Assembly (NCBI GenBank): GCA_019414445.1
Contig: DXMA01000009.1
Span: forward strand, 2,670 to 66,669
From: Collinsella sp.
GTDB lineage: Bacteria; Actinomycetota; Coriobacteriia; Coriobacteriales; Coriobacteriaceae
Direction: 5' to 3'
DNA: 64,000 bases
This document shows positions 8,347-17,659 of the stretch, piece after piece; within the stretch, counting starts at the first letter, position 1, and the number at the start of each line of letters is the position of its first letter. Under the pieces are notes generated by a model, which was not told the origin of the DNA, searched no databases, and saw only the letters and a program-made list of their open reading frames with translations. A program made the translations under genes and the position numbers.

Positions 8347-10230
8347 ATGCTCAATAATCACGAGGCCAATCTAACCGACGAGGAGGCTGCCGCCGAGGTC
8401 GCCCGTGTCGCGAAGACCTACCCCGTGGTGCGTTTGCTGTCTGTCGATCAGATTAAGGGCGATCCTAACTGCCTGCTCGCCGGCGAACGGTGTCCCTGTC
8501 TGCGCCAGTCAAGTCTTGAAGCCTTGGCGGCGGGTTCCGATGAGGTGTCGGAACGGCTGCTCAACGATGGCGTTGAGTACCGCGCTCGCCTGCGCTCTTT
8601 GATGGTTGAGGGCGAGCCTCACGTTCTGCTGATGGTGCGTCCGATTGATGAACAAGAGGCCGCAGAAGAGGACCTTGTCTACACCGACGTGCTGACGAGC
8701 GTGCGCAATCGCCGATATTACGAGGAAAAGCTTCGTAGCGCCCGTATGCAGGCCGGCGTGGCCGTGATCGACCTTGATGATTTTAGGGCCTTCAACGATA
8801 CGTATGGCCGCCATGCCGGCGACCTTGCGCTTGGTGCCGTGGCGACGGCCATACGCAGCGGTGTTCGTTCGACTGACGAGCTTGTGCGTTTTGGCTGCGA
8901 TAAGTTTGTGGCCGTCATGCCCAATATTCCCTCTGATGACTTTGCCCGTCGCCTGCGTCAAGTATCCGATGCCATTCATTCCACGATTATTCCGGGGCAT
9001 GAGCGCGTTAGCTTGACGGCATGCGTTGGTGGCGTTCGCATTAATGGCGAAACGGTCGATGAGGGTGTTAGCCAGGCTATCCAATTATTGAGCCGCGCTA
9101 AGGCAAAAGCCGGTACAGTCGTGACCGATGCCGAATCCATCGAGGCCTTCCAAAGCGAAAAGCCTACGGTGCTTATTGTCGATGACTCCGAGATGAACCG
9201 AGCCATTCTCAACGAGATGCTCAAGGACGAGTATTGCATCCTCGAGGCCGATAACGGTCGCGCGGTGCTCGACATGGTCGACCGCTATGGCGATGAGTTG
9301 TCGCTCGTGATGCTGGACATTGTCATGCCGGGCATAAGCGGCTTTGAGGTGCTGGCCGATCTGTCGCGCCGAACGGGTATCGACAATCTGCCTGTCATCA
9401 TGATTTCGAGCGAAGATTCCGATGATATGGTTCTGCGCGCGTACGAGCTGGGCGCCTCGGACTATATCAACCGCCCGTTTGACTCCCGTATCGTGCGCCG
9501 CCGCGTAAGCAACACCATCCGCCTGTACGCCAAACAGCGCCGCCTGACGAGCCTGCTGTCCCAGCAGTACAACGAGCGCGTCAAGAACAGTCGCATGCTC
9601 ATCGACATCATGGCCGGCGTCATGGAGCTTCGCAACGGCGAGAGCGGCAGGCACGTTACGAACATCGAGAAGCTGACCGAGCTGCTGCTTGGCTGCCTGG
9701 TCCACCGTAGCGACAACATCTCCCTCGACAACGAGGAGCGCTCCACGATTGCCCTGGCTTCGGCGCTGCACGATATCGGCAAGATGTCGATTGACGATGC
9801 GATTCTCAACAAGCCCGGGCGCCTCACGTCCGAGGAATTCGAGATTATGAAGACGCATACCACGATCGGTGCCGACATGCTGCTCGAACTGGGCCGCCAT
9901 CACGCCGGCAATGCGCTTATGGAATATGCGTACCAGATTGCGCGCTGGCACCACGAGCGTTGGGACGGCAAGGGTTATCCCGACGGCCTTAAGGGCGACG
10001 ATATCCCCATCGCCGCGCAGGTGGTTTCGGTGGCCGACGTGTACGATGCGCTGACGAGCGTGCGCGTGTACAAGGATGCTATCCCGCACGAGGAAGCGAT
10101 CCAGATGATCTTGGACGGTAAGTGCGGTACCTTTAACCCGCTGCTGCTCGACTGCCTGCTCGAGGTGCAAGACCGTATTGCCGAAACATTGGCGCGCCCT
10201 GCTGAGGTCGTTGCGCTTCCTACGATTTAG
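8347..10230 (+). CDS. Degenerate GGDEF + receiver + HD-GYP cyclic di-nucleotide phosphodiesterase
   Basis: DLDDF..FNDTYGRHAGD with RFGCDKF in place of GGDEF; REC (IVDD, MLDIVMP); HD-GYP (LHDIGK, HHERWDGKGYP, ADVYDAL). Confidence 0.9.
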   Translation: MLNNHEANLTDEEAAAEVARVAKTYPVVRLLSVDQIKGDPNCLLAGERCPCLRQSSLEALAAGSDEVSERLLNDGVEYRARLRSLMVEGEPHVLLMVRPIDEQEAAEEDLVYTDVLTSVRNRRYYEEKLRSARMQAGVAVIDLDDFRAFNDTYGRHAGDLALGAVATAIRSGVRSTDELVRFGCDKFVAVMPNIPSDDFARRLRQVSDAIHSTIIPGHERVSLTACVGGVRINGETVDEGVSQAIQLLSRAKAKAGTVVTDAESIEAFQSEKPTVLIVDDSEMNRAILNEMLKDEYCILEADNGRAVLDMVDRYGDELSLVMLDIVMPGISGFEVLADLSRRTGIDNLPVIMISSEDSDDMVLRAYELGASDYINRPFDSRIVRRRVSNTIRLYAKQRRLTSLLSQQYNERVKNSRMLIDIMAGVMELRNGESGRHVTNIEKLTELLLGCLVHRSDNISLDNEERSTIALASALHDIGKMSIDDAILNKPGRLTSEEFEIMKTHTTIGADMLLELGRHHAGNALMEYAYQIARWHHERWDGKGYPDGLKGDDIPIAAQVVSVADVYDALTSVRVYKDAIPHEEAIQMILDGKCGTFNPLLLDCLLEVQDRIAETLARPAEVVALPTI

Positions 10231-10253
10231 TTTGACCAAAGGAGTTTTAACCC

Positions 10254-10610
10254 ATGATTTCCATGCGTGAGGCGTATGAGAAGATTGGCGCCAATTATGA
10301 TGACGCGTGCGCTCGGCTGATGGGCGAGGAGATGCTTGCCCGCTTTGCCCTCAAGTTTTTGGATGACGAGAGCATGGACAAGCTGGAGGCCGCCATGGCG
10401 GCAGGAGACGCCAAGGAAGCGTTTATGGCAGCTCACACGCTCAAGGGCGTGAGCCAGAACCTGGGATTCGATAATCTGTACGAGCCGGCGGTCGTGGTGA
10501 CCGAGGCGCTGCGCGGCGCCGATGCCGTTGACGGCGCTCGCGCGGGAATGCATGCGTTGCAGCAGCAATATGCGGCTACGATGTCGGCCCTGCGCGAGGT
10601 GGCCGAGTAA
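10254..10610 (+). CDS. Stand-alone Hpt (histidine phosphotransfer) domain protein
   Basis: AHTLKGVSQNLG motif; AAGGAG RBS; 23 bp after the HD-GYP gene. Confidence 0.9.
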   Translation: MISMREAYEKIGANYDDACARLMGEEMLARFALKFLDDESMDKLEAAMAAGDAKEAFMAAHTLKGVSQNLGFDNLYEPAVVVTEALRGADAVDGARAGMHALQQQYAATMSALREVAE

Positions 10611-10653
10611 GAGGCTGTGAGCCTTGGGCTGCGTGCCAGCCGCGTACAGGCAA

Positions 10654-10694
10654 AAGGGCGCCCCGCCGGACCATGTGGCCGGCGGGGCGCCCTT
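10654..10694. terminator. Bidirectional terminator-like hairpin
   Basis: AAGGGCGCCCCGCCGG...CCGGCGGGGCGCCCTT between convergent genes. Confidence 0.7.
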
Positions 10695-10715
10695 GTCTGT
10701 TGTGCGGTTCGCGAA

Positions 10716-11525
10716 CTAGCGGGCCTGCTTTACCTTGGTCGCTGCCTCGACAAACGACTTCCACAGGTTAAAGTCGGTCTCGAGCGTCTGCCAGGTGTAC
10801 TCGGGATGCCATTGCACGCCCAAGCAGAATGGCTGGCCTTCGACCTCGATGCACTCGGGAACGCCGTCGGTTGCCTTGGCGACCAAACGCGTGCTCTTAC
10901 CCAGATGATCGACGCAGCAGTGGTGTGCGGAGTTGGTCTGGATCAGCCTGTGCCCGCCAAGCGCGCGCTCCAGCAGCGAGCCCGGCACGACCTCGACGGG
11001 ATGCACGGGGTCGTTGAGCACGTGGGTATGGCGCCACTGCGTGCGGCCCTCGCGAGCGCCCAGGCTCGGCACGTCCATGCACAGGGTGCCGCCAGTGGCG
11101 ACATTGAGCAATTGCGTGCCACGGCAGGTGGTAAAGAGCGGCTTTTTGGCGCGGAGCACCTCGCCGACCAGCTTAAACTCAAAGCTATCGCGGATCTCGC
11201 AGCAGAGGGTGGGGTCGTAGGGTCGTTCATCGCCCCAGCGTTTGGGGTTGACATCCGGGCCGCCGGGAATAGCGATACCGTCGGCGATATCGACGTAATG
11301 GCGGATGACCTCAATGTCCTCGGTGATGGACATCTGCAGCGGCAGGCCGCCGGCGGCAAGGATGGCATCGACAAAGACACTTGCGATTTCCTCGTTGGGG
11401 GAGAGCGTCTCGCTTAAAAACGGCTTCGCCTCTTCCCAGCGCGGCGCGACGAGGATGAGCGGGCGGTCGGCGGGATCGACGTCGACGTGCGGGGTGTATG
11501 ACGATGAAGTGCGAGTTCCGATCAT
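10716..11525 (-). CDS. Peptidase C26 / gamma-glutamyl-gamma-aminobutyrate hydrolase family protein
   Basis: PGGPDV.P, RD.FE, CRGTQLLNVA.GGTL, NSAHH, GVQWHPE class I GATase motifs. Confidence 0.9.
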   Translation of the reverse strand: MIGTRTSSSYTPHVDVDPADRPLILVAPRWEEAKPFLSETLSPNEEIASVFVDAILAAGGLPLQMSITEDIEVIRHYVDIADGIAIPGGPDVNPKRWGDERPYDPTLCCEIRDSFEFKLVGEVLRAKKPLFTTCRGTQLLNVATGGTLCMDVPSLGAREGRTQWRHTHVLNDPVHPVEVVPGSLLERALGGHRLIQTNSAHHCCVDHLGKSTRLVAKATDGVPECIEVEGQPFCLGVQWHPEYTWQTLETDFNLWKSFVEAATKVKQAR

Positions 11526-11577
11526 AGGTGTTGCTTTCGAGTTTGGATGGTCATGGCGAGCGAACATGGCAATTGGG

Positions 11578-12342
11578 TTAGTGGCCCTTGATGGAGTTGA
11601 GGAAGTCCTGGGCGCGTTTGGTCTGGGGATGGTCGAAGAACTCGTCGGGCGTGCCGGTTTCCACGATCTGGCCATCGGCCATAAACACGACACGGTCGGC
11701 CACGCGACGGGCAAAGTTCATCTCGTGCGTGATGACGATCATCGTCATGCCCTGCTGGGCCAGACGGACCATGACCTCGAGCACCTCGTTGATCATCTCG
11801 GGATCAAGAGCGCTCGTGGGCTCGTCGAAGAGCATGGCCTTGGGTTGCATGGCAAGCGAGCGGGCAATGGCTACACGCTGTTGCTGGCCGCCCGAGAGCT
11901 GTGCGGGCACCTTATCGGCCTGCTCGGCGACGCCTACGCGGCCTAGCAGGTCCATGGCGCGCTCGCGGGCCTCATCCTTGGAGACGCCCAGCACGTCGAC
12001 CGGTCCCAGCATGACGTTCTGTAGCACGGTCATATGTGCAAACAGGTTGAACTGCTGAAACACCATGCCCAGCTCGGCGCGCATGCGGGCAAGATCCTTG
12101 CCTTCCTGCGGCAGAGGCTCGCCCTCGATGAGAATCTCGCCCGAGTCGATGGTTTCCAGGCGGTTGATGGTTCGGCACATGGTCGACTTGCCCGAGCCCG
12201 AGGGGCCGATCACGACGACGACTTCGCCGCGGTCGACCGAGAGATTGATGTCGTTGAGGACGTGCAGATCGCCATAGTGCTTATCGACGTGCTTGAGCTC
12301 AATCAGCGGCTGATTGCCGGTAGAAGAAGTGCTCTGTGCCAT
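11578..12342 (-). CDS. Polar amino acid (glutamate-type) ABC transporter ATP-binding protein
   Basis: GPSGSGKS, LSGGQQQR, FDEPTSALDPEM; GluA/GlnQ-like. Confidence 0.95.
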   Translation of the reverse strand: MAQSTSSTGNQPLIELKHVDKHYGDLHVLNDINLSVDRGEVVVVIGPSGSGKSTMCRTINRLETIDSGEILIEGEPLPQEGKDLARMRAELGMVFQQFNLFAHMTVLQNVMLGPVDVLGVSKDEARERAMDLLGRVGVAEQADKVPAQLSGGQQQRVAIARSLAMQPKAMLFDEPTSALDPEMINEVLEVMVRLAQQGMTMIVITHEMNFARRVADRVVFMADGQIVETGTPDEFFDHPQTKRAQDFLNSIKGH

Positions 12343-12378
12343 GGTGCTCGGCTCCTTATGACTCGAAATGGTAAATCG

Positions 12379-13212
12379 TTAGCGAATGATGGTCGCGCCG
12401 GTCTTGTGCGAGACGTAGACGGCGGCCTTGTTGATCGCGACGTTGATGAGGATGTAGATGACCGCGATAACCAGGTAGACCGACACGAGCGCGTCGTAGT
12501 TGGTAATGAGCACGCGGGCGTTTTGCATGAGGTCGGGGTAGCTCACTACATAGGCGACGGTGGTGTCTTTGACGACGACCACAAGCTGCGAGATCAACGA
12601 CGGAATGATAAACCGAATGGCTTGCGGCAGCACGATTTTAAAGGTGATTTTAGCCTTGGAGAGACCGAGTGCCTGAGCGGCCTCGACCTGGCCGCGCGGT
12701 ACGGCGTTGACGCCGGCGCGGAAGATCTCGGCCAGTACGCCGGCCGCAGCGAGCGCGACGGGAAGTGTGAGCATCCAAAACGACGGCAGCGCGATCTTGT
12801 ACTGGGGCAACACCAAAAAGAAGAAGTAGATGAACAGGAGGCTCGGCACGCCACGGAAGAAATCGGTGAGCACGCGGCAGACCAGCTGCAGCGGCTTAAT
12901 GTCGCTGGTGCGGCCGAGCATGAGGGCCAGACCCAGTACCAGCGCGATAGCGCCGGCGGTGAGCGCGACCTTTACCGTGCCCTCAAAACCGGCAAGTAAG
13001 AACTTCCAGGTAGTGAGGTGCGTAAAGAAATACCAATAGTGGACCGAAAGCTGACCGGTCACATAAAAGCGCTGCAGCACGAGGACAACGAGCGCGGCGA
13101 CGGCAACAAGCGAGATGGCGGTGCCGATGCGAATCTTGGCGCGCATCTTGGGGCCGGGAGCCTCGTAGAGCGCATCGCGCATGGTAAGTGCAGGGGAGGA
13201 ATGTTTGCTCAT
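12379..13212 (-). CDS. Polar amino acid ABC transporter permease (GluD-like)
   Basis: LYEAPGPK N-terminus, FFRGVP, EIFRAG..AVPRGQVEAA EAA loop. Confidence 0.92.
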   Translation of the reverse strand: MSKHSSPALTMRDALYEAPGPKMRAKIRIGTAISLVAVAALVVLVLQRFYVTGQLSVHYWYFFTHLTTWKFLLAGFEGTVKVALTAGAIALVLGLALMLGRTSDIKPLQLVCRVLTDFFRGVPSLLFIYFFFLVLPQYKIALPSFWMLTLPVALAAAGVLAEIFRAGVNAVPRGQVEAAQALGLSKAKITFKIVLPQAIRFIIPSLISQLVVVVKDTTVAYVVSYPDLMQNARVLITNYDALVSVYLVIAVIYILINVAINKAAVYVSHKTGATIIR

Positions 13213-13868
13213 CGGAGGATCCTCACCTTCTTATCGATATAGTTGCCAATGTGGCTCACCACAAAGGCCGTGCCCAGGTAGCCGAGTGCCGAGATAAAGA
13301 ACGCGGCGACGCCGCCGAGCGAGCGCGTGTTGATGTAGCTCACCACGCCGGTGAGCTCCTGCGGTTTAAGCGGTACCTGACTGCCGAGCGCAGTGGTGAG
13401 CATGACCGCGATAAAGAGGTTGGTCATGGGCAACACGCTCGAGCGCAGCGCCTGCGGAATCACGATCTTGGCGAGGATGCGGCTGAAGCTCATGCCCAGC
13501 GAGCGGGCGGCTTCCACCTGGCCGACACCGACGGTGTTGATGCCGCTCATAAAGTTCTCGGAGCCAAAGGCAGAACCCAAGAGCACTGTGGCGACGATGA
13601 CGCAGGTGCGGTAGGGCAGGACGACCTTGAGCGGCGGCAGCGCATAGACGACGATGATGAGTAGCGCGATGCCGGGGATGTTACGGAAGACCTGAACATA
13701 CAGGTCGCCAAAGACGCGCAGCGGCTTGAGCGGCGACACGCGCATCACGGTGACGGCGACGGCCAGCACCATGGCGATGGCAAACGACTCAAGCGTCATG
13801 CCCCAGGTTGCTAGCAGCGCGTCGATATAGTTCTGGCCATAGAGCGACCAGAGCTCGGAGAGACTCAT
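13209..13868 (-). CDS. Polar amino acid ABC transporter permease (GluC-like)
   Basis: VFRNIP, GINTVGVGQVEAARSLG, IVIPQA. Confidence 0.92.
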   Translation of the reverse strand: MSLSELWSLYGQNYIDALLATWGMTLESFAIAMVLAVAVTVMRVSPLKPLRVFGDLYVQVFRNIPGIALLIIVVYALPPLKVVLPYRTCVIVATVLLGSAFGSENFMSGINTVGVGQVEAARSLGMSFSRILAKIVIPQALRSSVLPMTNLFIAVMLTTALGSQVPLKPQELTGVVSYINTRSLGGVAAFFISALGYLGTAFVVSHIGNYIDKKVRILR

Positions 13869-14006
13869 GCGGACCTCCCGCCGGTAAGGAAAGGGGCTCC
13901 CGTGTGTACGGAAGCCCCGACAACTCAGTGAGGAAACAGTTTACCGCAATAAAGCGCATCATGCGTTTCCGTATGGTTTCGTTGCGGTCGTTACCAGGCT
14001 CGCTGC

Positions 14007-14999
14007 CTAGGCGCCGATCTCGGGCAGCTCGGGAACATTGGTGTCGCCCGTACGGTCACCGATGCAGATCTGCCACAGCTCGGTCCAGGTGCCGTCGTCC
14101 TCGATCTTCTTAAGGAAGTCGTTGACAAAGGCGACGCCGTCGGAATCGAGCGGCAGGCCGATACCATAGGGCTCCTTGCTGCCGAAGGGCTTGCCGGCGA
14201 TCTTGTACTTACCGGGCTCGCGGACCAGGGCGCTCTGCTGCATGTTGTTATCGATGACGTAGGCATCAACACGGCCCTGCTGGAGTGCCTGGCGGGCCTC
14301 CTCGTCGGTCTTGAACTCCTGCTGGCTGGCCTTGGGGGCGAACTCCTCCAGGATGGCGGGGCCGTTGGAGCCGGACTGGACGGCGACGTTCTTGTCGGCC
14401 AGGTCGTCGACGCTCTTGATGTTGTCGTTATCGGCGAGCACCAGGATGGCCTGCTGCGTGTAGTAATAGGGACCGGCAAAGGAGACGAGCTTCTTGCGCT
14501 CGTCAGTGATGGTGTAGGTGGCAAAGACGGCGTCGACCTGGCCGTTCTGCAGGACGGACTCGCGCGTGTCCGAGGTCACCTGCGTGATCTCGACCTTGTT
14601 CTCGCCCAGAATGTAGTTGGACAGGAGCTGTGCGATACCGGCATCGAAGCCGCGGGTCTGACCGTCTTTCTCGTTGAGGAGGGAGAAGAGCGTGGAGGTC
14701 TGAACGCCACCGATCTTAAAGACGCCGGCGTCCTTGACGGCCGTGGCCCAGGTGCTGGCGGCGATGGCATCGTCATCGGCCTTGGGGCCGTTGTCGACGA
14801 GCTTGTCGAATGCCTTGGCGTCGAGCGTGGTGGAAGCCTCGGTATCCTCGGAGCTCTTGGAGGAGGCGGCGGAGCCCTTGTCGGCCTCGGCGCTGGTGTC
14901 AGAGCAGCCGGCAAGACCAAGGCCGGCGACGGTTGCGAAGGTGGCGGCGACAAAGCCGCGGCGGTCGAGAACGACCTGCTGGGAGAGGTTCTTGCTCAT
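14007..14999 (-). CDS. Amino acid ABC transporter substrate-binding lipoprotein (GluB-like), twin-arginine-like signal
   Basis: DRRGFV + LAGC lipobox; GFDAGIA, ATYTITDERK, FAGPYY, EPYGIGL. Confidence 0.92.
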   Translation of the reverse strand: MSKNLSQQVVLDRRGFVAATFATVAGLGLAGCSDTSAEADKGSAASSKSSEDTEASTTLDAKAFDKLVDNGPKADDDAIAASTWATAVKDAGVFKIGGVQTSTLFSLLNEKDGQTRGFDAGIAQLLSNYILGENKVEITQVTSDTRESVLQNGQVDAVFATYTITDERKKLVSFAGPYYYTQQAILVLADNDNIKSVDDLADKNVAVQSGSNGPAILEEFAPKASQQEFKTDEEARQALQQGRVDAYVIDNNMQQSALVREPGKYKIAGKPFGSKEPYGIGLPLDSDGVAFVNDFLKKIEDDGTWTELWQICIGDRTGDTNVPELPEIGA

Positions 15000-15115
15000 G
15001 GTAGAACACCTTTCTCAATAAAATCCCTAGCGGTTGAGTAGAGTTATACCCTATCCCGCTCAGACGGGTCAACACGAAATAACTCAGAAACATACTTACC
15101 TTATGGGTAATTCTT

Positions 15116-15166
15116 CCTACCAAAAAGGGACAGGTTAATTTTGGCAGGTTTTATCTGGGCAAACGT
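15116..15166 (+). repeat. Dispersed palindromic repeat, family 1, copy C
   Basis: CCTACCAAAAAGGGACAGGTTAATTTTGGCAGGTTTTATCTGGGCAAACGT. Confidence 0.9.
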
Positions 15167-15307
15167 CAGTTATTACAGCTGAGAAAGCGCTTTGCGGACG
15201 GCGTGGTCGCTCGCAGCGGTCGCTATAATGGCGGCAACGCGACGCATATATAAGTAAGGAGATCGCGTATGAACGGTTACTCGTTTTTCGCGCCGACCAT
15301 GACCTAA

Positions 15308-15344
15308 AACCGCCACAAAGGGGACAGGCACCTTTGTGGCGGTT
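15308..15344 (+). repeat. Dispersed palindromic repeat, family 2, copy A
   Basis: AACCGCCACAAAGG-GGACAGGCA-CCTTTGTGGCGGTT; second copy at 36919. Confidence 0.88.
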
Positions 15345-15377
15345 CTTGCAGATGTAGCTGCCTGCCTCGCTGTTTTG

Positions 15378-15593
15378 TCTCGATCTGTAACATCTGCAGC
15401 CATTTTTGCCGAGTAACTGTTACAGATTGAGATTTTCTCTTCAGGGGAATTCGAATGTCTCGATCTGTAACAGTTAGACGGCCAAAAGGTCTCTATCTGT
15501 TACAGATTGAGACAAAGGTCAGGGGCAAAGACGGTTTGTCTCAATCTGTAACAGGTAGACGAGAATTCGGGCCATAGATGTTACAGATTGAGA
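15378..15593. repeat. Six 15-bp repeats TCTCRATCTGTAACA in alternating orientation, 40-bp period
   Basis: Copies start at 15378(+), 15418(-), 15458(+), 15498(-), 15539(+), 15579(-). Confidence 0.92.
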
Positions 15594-15611
15594 TAATCGC
15601 GTCGCGAAAAT

Positions 15612-15651
15612 AAAAACCTCCGCAGGGGTGCTTCCCTTGCGGAGGTTTTTT
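15612..15651 (-). terminator. Intrinsic terminator of dxs
   Basis: AAAAACCTCCGCAGGG...CCCTTGCGGAGGTTTTT at the stop codon. Confidence 0.8.
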
Positions 15652-17431
15652 ACTCATTGAGTAGCCTTATAGCTTCGGCGGCCATGTTCTCGACCGTCAT
15701 GCCGTTCTGAGCGAGCAGCTCGTTGGGGTTGTAGCGGTCGGGGAAGCCCTTGGCGATGCCGAAGGTGCGCGTGCGCAGCGGTGTGCAGGCCAGGTAGCAC
15801 GCCACGCGCTCGCCCCAGCCGCCGTCCAAGATGCCGTCCTCGAGGGTGACGACAACGCGATGCTCGGCGGCGAGGCTGTCGAGGAACTCGCGGTCGAGCT
15901 CAGTTGCATAGCGCGGGTTGACGAGCGTGGCCTCGATGCCGTACTCGGCAGCCAAGCGGTTTGCCACGCGCTCGCCCAGCTCAAAGAAATCGCCGAGCGC
16001 GAGCACGGCCACGTCGCGACCCTGGCGCACCACGTTGTAACGAACGGCGCCGTAATCGGCGTCCTCGGCAGGCGCCAAGTCGGGGCGGCTTACCAAGCCA
16101 ATGCCCGGCACGCGAATCGCCACGGGATGCTCGCGGTGATCGAGCGACCAGCTCAGCATGGACAGATATTCCTCCATGCAGGCCGGCGCCAAGTAGTGCA
16201 TGTTGGGAAGACCGCCCAGCATGGAAATATCAAAGAACGAAAGATGCGTCTCGGATGTGGTGCCAAAGATCGACGCGCCAAATACCAGGATGGTCGCCGG
16301 GGCGTCGTTGAGGCACAGGTCGTGCCACAGTTCGTCGTAGGCACGCTGCAAGAACGTACCGTACACGCCAAAGACCGGCTTGGCACCCGAGCGGGCGAGC
16401 GCGGTGGCAAAGGTGACGGCGTGCTCTTCGGCAATGCCCACGTCGACAAACTGCTTGCCTGCCGCGGCGCGAAGCTCGGGCGTAAAGCCCATGATGTAGG
16501 GCGTGGCGGCCGTGATGCCCACAACCTGCGGATCGCGCTCTATGGCAGCGCTCAGGGCCTCGCCCGTAATGTCGGCATAGGTGCGCGGTGCGGGCTCGCT
16601 CGGATGACCCGGGCAGAGTTTGCGCCCAGTTGCCATGTCAAACGGACCCACGTGGTGCCAGCGCTCGGGGTCGCTCTGGGCTGGTTCAAAGCCCTTGCCC
16701 TTTGCGGTGGAGACGTGCAGCACGATGGGATGATCGATATCGCGCAGTTCCTGCAGCGCGTCGACGAGGGCCAATACATCGTTACCGGTGTCCAGATAGC
16801 GGTAGTCGAGCCCCATCGCGCGGAAAACGTTGCGCTCACAGGTGCCGTTGCTGGCGCGTAGCTCGGCCAGATTGCGATACAGGCCGCCATGGTTCTCGGC
16901 AATGGACTGGTCGTTATCGTTGACGATGATGATCAGGTTGCTGTCGAGATCGGCGGCATTGTTAAAGCCCTCAAACGCCAGGCCGCCCGAAAGCGAGCCG
17001 TCGCCAATGATGGTGATGACGTTGTACGCATCGCCCGCCAGGTCGCGCGCGTGTGCGAGGCCGCAGCCCAAGCTCACCGAGGTCGAGGTGTGGCCCATGG
17101 CGAACAGGTCATGTTCGGACTCGTCGGGATTGGCAAAGCCAGAGGCCTCGCCGTAGCGTGCCGGGTCGATATAGGTATACGCGCGCCCAGTCAGCGCCTT
17201 GTGGGCGTAGGTCTGGTGCGAAACGTCAAAGACAATTTTGTCGATGGGGGAGTTAAACACGCGATGGAGCGCGACCGTAAGCTCGACGACGCCCAGGTTG
17301 GGGGCAACGTGTCCGCCGACAGCAGCGGAGCTTTCGAGGATTGCCTGGCGGATCTCGCCGCAGAGCAGCGGAAGCTCGGCGCGGTCGAGAGCCTTGACGT
17401 CCTCGGGCGTTGTCGTTTGCGTAAGCAGCAT
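15650..17431 (-). CDS. dxs: 1-deoxy-D-xylulose-5-phosphate synthase
   Basis: GGH.APNLGVVELT, FDVSHQ.Y.HK.LTGR, GHTSTS, GDGSLSGG..FEG.N, DVGIAEEHA, FLQRAYD. Confidence 0.93.
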   Translation of the reverse strand: MLLTQTTTPEDVKALDRAELPLLCGEIRQAILESSAAVGGHVAPNLGVVELTVALHRVFNSPIDKIVFDVSHQTYAHKALTGRAYTYIDPARYGEASGFANPDESEHDLFAMGHTSTSVSLGCGLAHARDLAGDAYNVITIIGDGSLSGGLAFEGFNNAADLDSNLIIIVNDNDQSIAENHGGLYRNLAELRASNGTCERNVFRAMGLDYRYLDTGNDVLALVDALQELRDIDHPIVLHVSTAKGKGFEPAQSDPERWHHVGPFDMATGRKLCPGHPSEPAPRTYADITGEALSAAIERDPQVVGITAATPYIMGFTPELRAAAGKQFVDVGIAEEHAVTFATALARSGAKPVFGVYGTFLQRAYDELWHDLCLNDAPATILVFGASIFGTTSETHLSFFDISMLGGLPNMHYLAPACMEEYLSMLSWSLDHREHPVAIRVPGIGLVSRPDLAPAEDADYGAVRYNVVRQGRDVAVLALGDFFELGERVANRLAAEYGIEATLVNPRYATELDREFLDSLAAEHRVVVTLEDGILDGGWGERVACYLACTPLRTRTFGIAKGFPDRYNPNELLAQNGMTVENMAAEAIRLLNE

Positions 17432-17659
17432 CGTTGTGGGTTACTCCATGCGAATCGAGCGCCGGCGCTCCCTCGGCCGGCACAATTGCACAAGACAGTC
17501 TCGCACATTTTGGCGTTTGATATGTGACGGCGGCGCGGTAATTCGCCAACTGGCGGGGCAAAACGTTTTGCCCGATGCCATACTGATAAGTTCCATGGTG
17601 ATTTTATTCATTGCGTGCAGGCTGTGGCTTGCCGTCGAGAGCCGCTGGAAGGAGGCCGC

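Noticed and set aside
15378..15593. CRISPR array
   Set aside because: Repeats are 15 bp and alternate in orientation; no cas genes or leader. Kept as an unexplained array instead.
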